From Hormiphora californensis (taxonomy: Eukaryota; Animalia; Ctenophora): a DNA stretch of 64,000 nt. The stretch spans positions 3,968,001 through 4,032,000 of the forward strand of contig CM035360.1 of assembly GCA_020137815.1 (NCBI GenBank), read 5' to 3'. Of the stretch, positions 56,699-64,000 are shown in pieces. The notes beneath the pieces were generated by a model. The model did not search any database. It saw only the letters and a program-made list of their open reading frames with translations, and had not been told where the DNA came from. Position numbers and translations under genes: made by a program. Positions within the stretch are counted from its first letter, which is position 1; each line of letters opens with the position of its first letter.

Positions 56699-56842
56699 CC
56701 CATTCCCTCGCATGAGTTGCATGATCAATGTAATTTAGCGGTGGCCCCAACGCCTGCGATGCAGTACTCCCCCCTTGACAAGGGACACTATTTGATACTG
56801 TGTGCCTCTCTCTCCCCTGTAATTAACATATTGGGCTGCTAG

Positions 56843-56922
<80 letters not shown>

Positions 56923-57905
56923 GGTTGTTGACTAGTAGTAACCACGGCTATACCTATTGTAATCCACACGTGCTTATCGCGGCGCCATCACAAGCCCATC
57001 GTACATTATGAATTGGTAGTGGTGGAGAATCTTTCAGGCATCGAGCTGACGCGAGGAGAGCTAGGAGAGTGGTCAGGCATCAAAATGCAGTATAGTGGAT
57101 AATGCAGTTATTTCGGGAGAATAGTTCTTAGTTCATTGGTGGCCGATAATTGATCGGCTCAAAGTCGCCCTGAATCTAAGTGGTTCTCATTTAGTAAAGG
57201 TCTTTTAATGCAGTTCCCATTGTACTGTAAGCATATTACACTGGGGTATCATTGTCACCATATTAACATGGCCGAACTATATTAGTTAGTGGCACAGTAT
57301 AACTGCACTGTCATCAATTACAGAGTTGGGTTGCCGCGTATTCAATAGTAGTTGTATAACACTACAGTGAGCGTAGTATTGCCAAGATCTTTTGGGCGAA
57401 TGATTAAGTGGATTAGATCAGGGAGGATGGGTTATCACAATTTCTTATTGAACACACGTGTACTAGCACATGACACGTGTCTTTGAGAGAGTCTCTTTGA
57501 TATGAAATTGTAGTGATATGTGCAGATAAGATGATTAATGAAGGTTATTTGACTTGAATAAGGTATAGACTTTACCTTACCTTATTCAAGTCTCTACCCA
57601 GTAGAATAGGATATTCTCAAGAATCAGATATACCGATTTTCTCCGGTGTTTTCTGTTTTCATCAGATATAATGCATGTAGTAATGACTAATGGCTCCATT
57701 TCCGGTTTTAAGGCCAGTAATTCTAGTCCATTGTATATACGAAGTAGTGGAATTTTTCTAATCTTTTCTATAGTAGTGATTCTATACATGTAAAACGTAT
57801 TCTAGCAAATCGGTGCGATCTCGCTTGGAGCTCTTGAATTAATCACGGGTTGACATGCAGCGTTCTACTTATCAGGATTGCAGGTGAAGACGAGAGGGAA
57901 ATACA

Positions 57906-57938
<33 letters not shown>

Positions 57939-60191
57939 CAGTGGAGAGAGATGAGAGAGAGAGAGAGAGAGAAGACGAGCTCAGTATATCGATAGGACTC
58001 TCTCTCGCTGCTGCATCGCCCGCGCCGAGACCGCGACATGCCGTCGAGCGCGCGATATTAGATGAGCGCTCGATCGTAGAAAATGTTTGCTCTCACTCAT
58101 TCCTCCCTAGAATAATTCCCACGTCTGCCAGTGCCATTATTATATAATGTCTAACACACGACAATTAGTAAGTGTTCGATTATTATCATACTAGACATAA
58201 GTTATTGTATAATTATTTCCCCGTGATCTTGATTTCCTTTCCTGTCTTCTCATTGGAGTATACGTTATCGTTTATCATAATCATATCATACTAAACATAT
58301 CGAAGATTATTTTACTACCAAGTTAGCCTACTAATAATTTACAGAGAATTCTCTATTTCTTGGAACGGTTAAATCGTTTATAATTTGTCAGTTTAACTGA
58401 GTGTCGCGGTACTTTTACCTTGATTGAGACTGTCATCTTTATCTCGTGACACGTGAGCTTCCGAAATTCGAGAATTCCTGAATTAGTGGGCCCATGATCT
58501 CTCCTTCTATCCTTCAATCTCTACATTGAAATTGAATGATAAATGAAAAGTATACTTTATGCTTGATATTCATCATTCAATTTCAACGCTTTCTCCGCTC
58601 AACGCATCTATAATTATAGCACAAAGTTATGAAACTCATGACGTCAAATGGACATGACAGCTCTTAGCTATTTATTAGATAATATTTGTGATGATGAATG
58701 CGTGTGTGTTAATCAAATCGTTTTGTGAAGGGAGAATAAAAGATTCAAGTTCTTCATTAACTATCGACTTCTCTATGTTTCTTTTCATGAGGATTCATTT
58801 AGTTAAAATCACTGTTTATGAATTATATACCATGTACAGTCGGACCCCGATTTAACGGCCCCCGATTTAGCGGCACCCCGATTTAACGGCAGCATAATCT
58901 TCCCCCGATATAGGAAATTAACAGTACTTGACCCCGATTTAGCGGATACCCCGATTTAACGGACAAAACCCTTTCCCCCGAGGGTGCCGTTAAATCGGGG
59001 TCCGACTGTATACGGTTATGTGCTCCTTTCCAGCAGTTTGATTTTAAAACCCAATTTGAGTAAGCAGGAAATTATAATTTGATATAGCTGAAGAGAGCTC
59101 ATAAATTCATAAATTTTTGTCCTACTTTTTAAGGCATGTTCCCCCTTCGAGTTCAAATTGGTTGTCACAAAGAAAATGTCAAGTCGATCGACTGCTATTT
59201 AAAGGTGACCCCCCACAAAGCCAACTCGACAGAAAGAATATATTTCTTTAATTTCATACATTTCTAGAAACAGCTTTTTCACTTGAACTTCAATTAATCT
59301 GTCGGTACCTTCAACGGTCAACCAGTAGAACTGCATTATAGGAAAAAACGCTGGGAAATGAGGTTGAGGTCTTGTATTATTTTCATTTTGGTGCCGTTTT
59401 TTTGCTAGATTCAAAAGTAATATTTTTGGGAGAAAACCGATAGCATGGCGAGGGTGACCGATATTAATAGATGTGAATCTGATGCAGGGAACATTTATTA
59501 AAATTTTCACATTACCATTCTGATAATGTGAAAATTTCTTGCATCAGTTTTCCTCGGTCAGGAAATAAATAAAAGATAGAGAGGAGAAAGCTGAATTCCA
59601 AAAGGTTGTGTTTTCACGTCGTCATATTTTCTGCCGAAAATAAAACTGTTTCTGCTTTCATACAATCTGTGAAATTATGCAACTCTGAGCTAGTTCTCGC
59701 CTTATTCTGCTCTTATATCATCCCAATCTCTCTCTCGGTTGTTAGTAGCACCTAATCTAATCAGTCTGAGCAGTTTCGACCCAATTCATATAAGTCGTCT
59801 ACAATCTCGCTATGGTATATTTAGTTCCAAGATGACATGATCATGTATATATCAGTCATGATCCATCTTCCCCTACTCAACATTGAATCATACTAATCAA
59901 CCTTGAATCATAATATTGTTTCCGTGCGTGCATGGGCACATTGTCCTAGGCGACTCAAATCTAACCACCATCACTGGTTGTTGAGTTTTTACAACGATGT
60001 CTTTAGTATAACACAACTTGACTTCCCTGGTTCTCTAATTATGATTAAATCTAAAGTCTATATTACAGTCGGACCCCGATTTACCGGGTAAAACCGTTTC
60101 CCCCGAGCATCTTGGTAAATCGGGGTCTGACTGTATTACTAATTACTACTGCACTAGAGTTCACTCGTTAAATCTCATTTTAGAGACCGTC

Positions 60192-63100
60192 ATGGGTTAC
60201 TCAGAATCAAACGAGGAAGCGATAGAGTTGTTCGGGGATACGGATCACAACGAGGATTGGTGGATAGGATCAGATCCAGTGCTGGGTTCCATCACCCTAG
60301 CGATAACCCTGGTGGCTGTACTGGCAAACTCCACAGCTGTATACTATATAAGCACGGTAAGAATTGTTCATTCTGTTCTCCTAAAGAGTTTTTTCAAAAT
60401 ATTTCACACTAATATTTCTCCCAGAGTACGGCATTGCGAACGCCTTCATTTCTCGTACTACTTCTCCTTGCATGTGTGGATTTGTGTACGGGAGTCCTTC
60501 ATTTACCCTTCGTAGCCTTGGCCTGCTTCACCGGCTCATGGCTAGGAGGTGAGTGTTAATTAAATAATTAAGTGGGTGATTTAGTTTTAGTAAGTAAGAT
60601 TTCTACCAATTTAGTCATGTCGCGGAAAACAGTTGAGTTGATAATGGATTCTGATTTCTGATAGCTTATACAAGATAACCATCAACACCTAAACCACCTA
60701 TCGAATCACGTTCCATTATTTTAACAATAGCATGAGACATGACAACCACGAATATGAGATAACCCGAGTAGAGGAAGAGCGAAACTTCGATTATCTTATA
60801 CCCGCCATACAGATATATGTCAAAATATACTGATTTTCAGTTTTTACCGATATGAATTATATTTGGGCCCAATATTCTTATCTGTCAAAACTCAAATTTT
60901 GGGGTTAACCCCCAACTACTCTCTAATTTACAGTGGTTATCCCTTCAGAGCCTTCCATTTCACAATCAGAGATTGATAGAGATGTTTCAAAATAATAAAA
61001 ATTATGATTTTGAAGACCTCCAACTGCTCTCTAACTTGCAGTGGTTAATAAATTCTTTGAGAGCGTTCCATTTCACAATCAGAGATAGTTTCTGTGGGTA
61101 ACAGACTACATAACCCCCGTCCCCCAAAGTTTTGCAGAATTGCATATCACGTACAATGATAATTTAATAATTCCTTTCAGAGCCTTCATTTCACAATCAG
61201 AAATAGTTTCAGACTACATAAAAACACCCAGCGTTTTGCAAAACTGCATAATTTAATTATTCCTTTTAGAGCCATCCATACCAAGTGATCACGAGGCGAT
61301 AACGAATATGAGCAAGTGTAACTGCACACAAATGGTAACGGCAACCGGACCATGGTGTATGATCAGCAGTTACATTCGACCTTTCATCCAGCCAATATCT
61401 TTTGTTACTGTCGTTCTCATCAGCGCCCTCAGGTACGTTTCGGTGGACGATCCAATCAGAAGCCTGGATTTCGAAATAAAGGCCTCTGATTGGCTCAGTA
61501 GATCATCCAGCTTTGAGCTTGGGATATATCTTTGGACTACGCTGCTGTCCCCTGTTATCAGTGGCCGTCAAAAACGTGCACACTGGAGGACTGCAGCGTA
61601 TGCCAAGGGTATACTCCACTTTTGGAGTACATTTGAGAGCGTCTTGACTAAGACCCTTCATCAGAACCATCGCCTAGTTTTGCATCTATGTAACACTATT
61701 GAATGGCATATCTCTAGTTCGTATGAACAATACAATTGTAGGGGTCAGGGGCGACTATTTATTGGGCGTGGTCCAAGGGTCAAGATACATTGTCCCCTAT
61801 AATAGCATAGATAATTATCTGTACAGTGAATACAAATGGCGCCAAAATACGAACCCCTAATACTTCCAACCAAAATACTCAAAACTATTCCCCAACTCTC
61901 TCTATCTCCCTATGCAGGGTGTATTCCTTATATTTTCCTCTATCCTACCGAAACCAAATATCAAAACGAAGGGTAATACTCACCACCTACGTGGTGTGGT
62001 TCCTGACCATCCTCGGGCACCATTCCCACAACTTGGTTTGTCAAGGGCTACAACTACAATCTCATAGCAAAACAGGTAACACCAATCATTTTGTAGCAAA
62101 ACAGGTAAGATAATATTCTTTTGCTGATGCGTCAGCTAACAAAACAATCAGCCTTTGACATACAACTATTATTCCCATGGCAATAAAACAATCAACAATT
62201 TTCAGTGTTTCTGGAATTTCACGGAGGAGTCTCATATCAAGTTTGGGTTCGTCTACAACCTTGTTGTGTTTTTACTACTTTTCGCACTGCTAGCCTTTAT
62301 GACTATTCTACTCACATTGGGGCTTTATGAGAGGCACAAAGTTCGGACTTCGCATGTCTAAAAAAGGGTAAGGCAAAAGTTAAATCAACTAAATTGTTCA
62401 AGCTCTAACTTGTAAGTTTAAGTCGTTAACTCTAGTTAATAAAGACTTATAATGCTGTTTTTTATCAGGCCGCAGAACGCAGTATCCAATAACCATGCCC
62501 GAGTAGCAGCCAAGGGGTCTGGTAAAAGCACGGGCAGCGGTGGGGATAAGGCTGGTGGGAGGGGTGAAAAACAGAAGACAGACTACAAACATGCCAGTTT
62601 GATATCAATAGCGATAGGCGTGGTTTTCATGATATCTATATTACCATTTTACATTTATGGAATGATCCGATTCTACTCAAATGTAACTAACAAGTAAGTG
62701 AAGGGGGTTGTCCAGGAAGAATTATTCCTTAAAGTTTTCCAAATCATACTATTTTTGGGGTAAGAGCTACAGAAGAGTCTGCACAAGTGAAAGTGGGAAA
62801 TTACAAATCATTTCTTCAGGCTAGATAAAAACACTCAAATGTTACTACGTATGATAGCATTTTGGATGCTCTACCTAAGTCCAACCTTAAATCCCCTTTT
62901 ATACGTCCTGCGCCTGCCCAACGTCAGAAATGAGGTAAGTAAAAGCTTTTCTAATGATGGTGGGGGACACACAAAACACAATAGCTGGGGACTCTGCTCT
63001 TCCGAAGTTAACAAATAATGATCTTACTATGTGACCGTATTGAGCTTGACTTGAGGGCCTATATCTTACAAACGTGAAGAAGAACGGGGAAGACTACTTA

Positions 63101-63195
63101 CTATAACTCATTGTACACAACCGCTAGTATATTAAATCGATATTGTATATCTTAGATTAGGGCTCGATTCTCCAGCTCACTTCGTCGGTTACTGA
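60192..63195 (+). pseudogene. rhodopsin-class GPCR with at least 8 exons and two apparent +1 frameshifts (pseudogene or consensus errors)
   Basis: Exons 60192-60356 (TM1 LAN), 60425-60548 (TM2 LACVDL), 61270-61432 (WC..ISALR), 61918-62075 (TM4, extra G near 62016), 62206-62367 (TM5, extra G near 62345), 62469-62693 (TM6 FMISILPF), 62820-62934 (TM7 NPLLY) and 63156-63195 (helix 8). C-terminus uncertain. Confidence 0.85.
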
Positions 63196-64000
63196 GTGAG
63201 TTTTGCGCTCGCATATCGTGTGCCTTTACTCCTCTTTCTCTTTACCTCTTTCTCTGTGCACGCACCCAAACATGTGCTTTTATATGTAGCCACCTTCATC
63301 AAGAATAATACCCATATATGGGCACTAACCTTGTTGAAATCTCAACAAGATAAACCCTGTGTCGCGGTCTCTATCGATCACGTACACATCACCCGCACAT
63401 CTGTAAAATACAGTATCATGGTTCCCCTGCTGCTCTACAATCGGTACAAGCCATCCTGATGGCAAACGCTGCAGTCCCCCTATATAGCCTGTCGAAAACG
63501 TTTGCACTGGTGGTCTGCTGCAGCGCATACCAAAGCGATATCTGTAAAGCTTCGTGGGAACCAGGTTACTAAGTCTATGACCCCTTCCTCTCTCATGTTG
63601 ATATGCGCTATGTCTGTGTAAATATGTTTTCTGTAGCTCGTACATCAACTTTTCAACTAAAATATTGTGAATAGCAGTGCATGAGTGAAACAACGCTATA
63701 CGTATCATATTCTATTAAATGTCGCACCGGAAATCTAGTAAATACAATTCACAAACACCACTCACCACCTTCCTCTGCTCCGCTAGTCACATAAAACCAC
63801 TGTTTTCAAAGCACACAAATCAGTTCAGACTGGTCCTGAATGTTAGTGACCACCCTGAATATTACAAACACCCCAGCCATGCACCACACCAAGCAATGCA
63901 TCACACCAAGCCATGAATCACGTAGCATAATATTGATCTGCGGATTGAGAGTTTCCCGAAAACCCAACACCACTTCATCTAGCTGGTAGACCGATCGAAC

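Noticed and set aside
62820-62934. Opsin assignment for either GPCR
   Set aside because: The retinal-binding Lys position in TM7 is Tyr here and Thr in the minus-strand GPCR.

Overview
This is intron-rich, repeat-dense animal nuclear DNA. It is probably from a ctenophore (Pleurobrachia/Hormiphora-like), inferred from a spliced-leader sequence I recognise from memory. Exon models read by hand give five genes and one exon: an intact 8-exon cytosolic sulfotransferase (minus strand), two rhodopsin-class GPCR loci with 1-nt frameshifts (pseudogenes or consensus errors), an intronless RING + TRAF-zinc-finger gene with an unusual duplicated Cys-rich C-terminus, a multi-exon orphan gene, and an orphan first exon. 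The rest is mostly non-autonomous DNA transposons (Tc1/pogo-, hAT-, MULE-, EnSpm- and Kolobok-like, poly-G-ended MITEs, 23-85 bp micro-MITEs), a 62-bp satellite carried inside a TIR element, and (AG)n microsatellites. The most striking feature is a 331-bp insertion at 15800-16130 with a 14-bp TSD. It is a perfect 144-bp-arm palindrome whose tip is a 43-nt spliced-leader exon fused directly to a hammerhead-ribozyme core, apparently a trans-spliced Penelope-like RNA that was reverse-transcribed and integrated. A second hammerhead palindrome (22810-23000) and a TSD-flanked tandem element built around a tRNA-like gene (42753-43325) point to a family of small RNA-based mobile elements. Most ORFs in the supplied track are microsatellite or TE artefacts.
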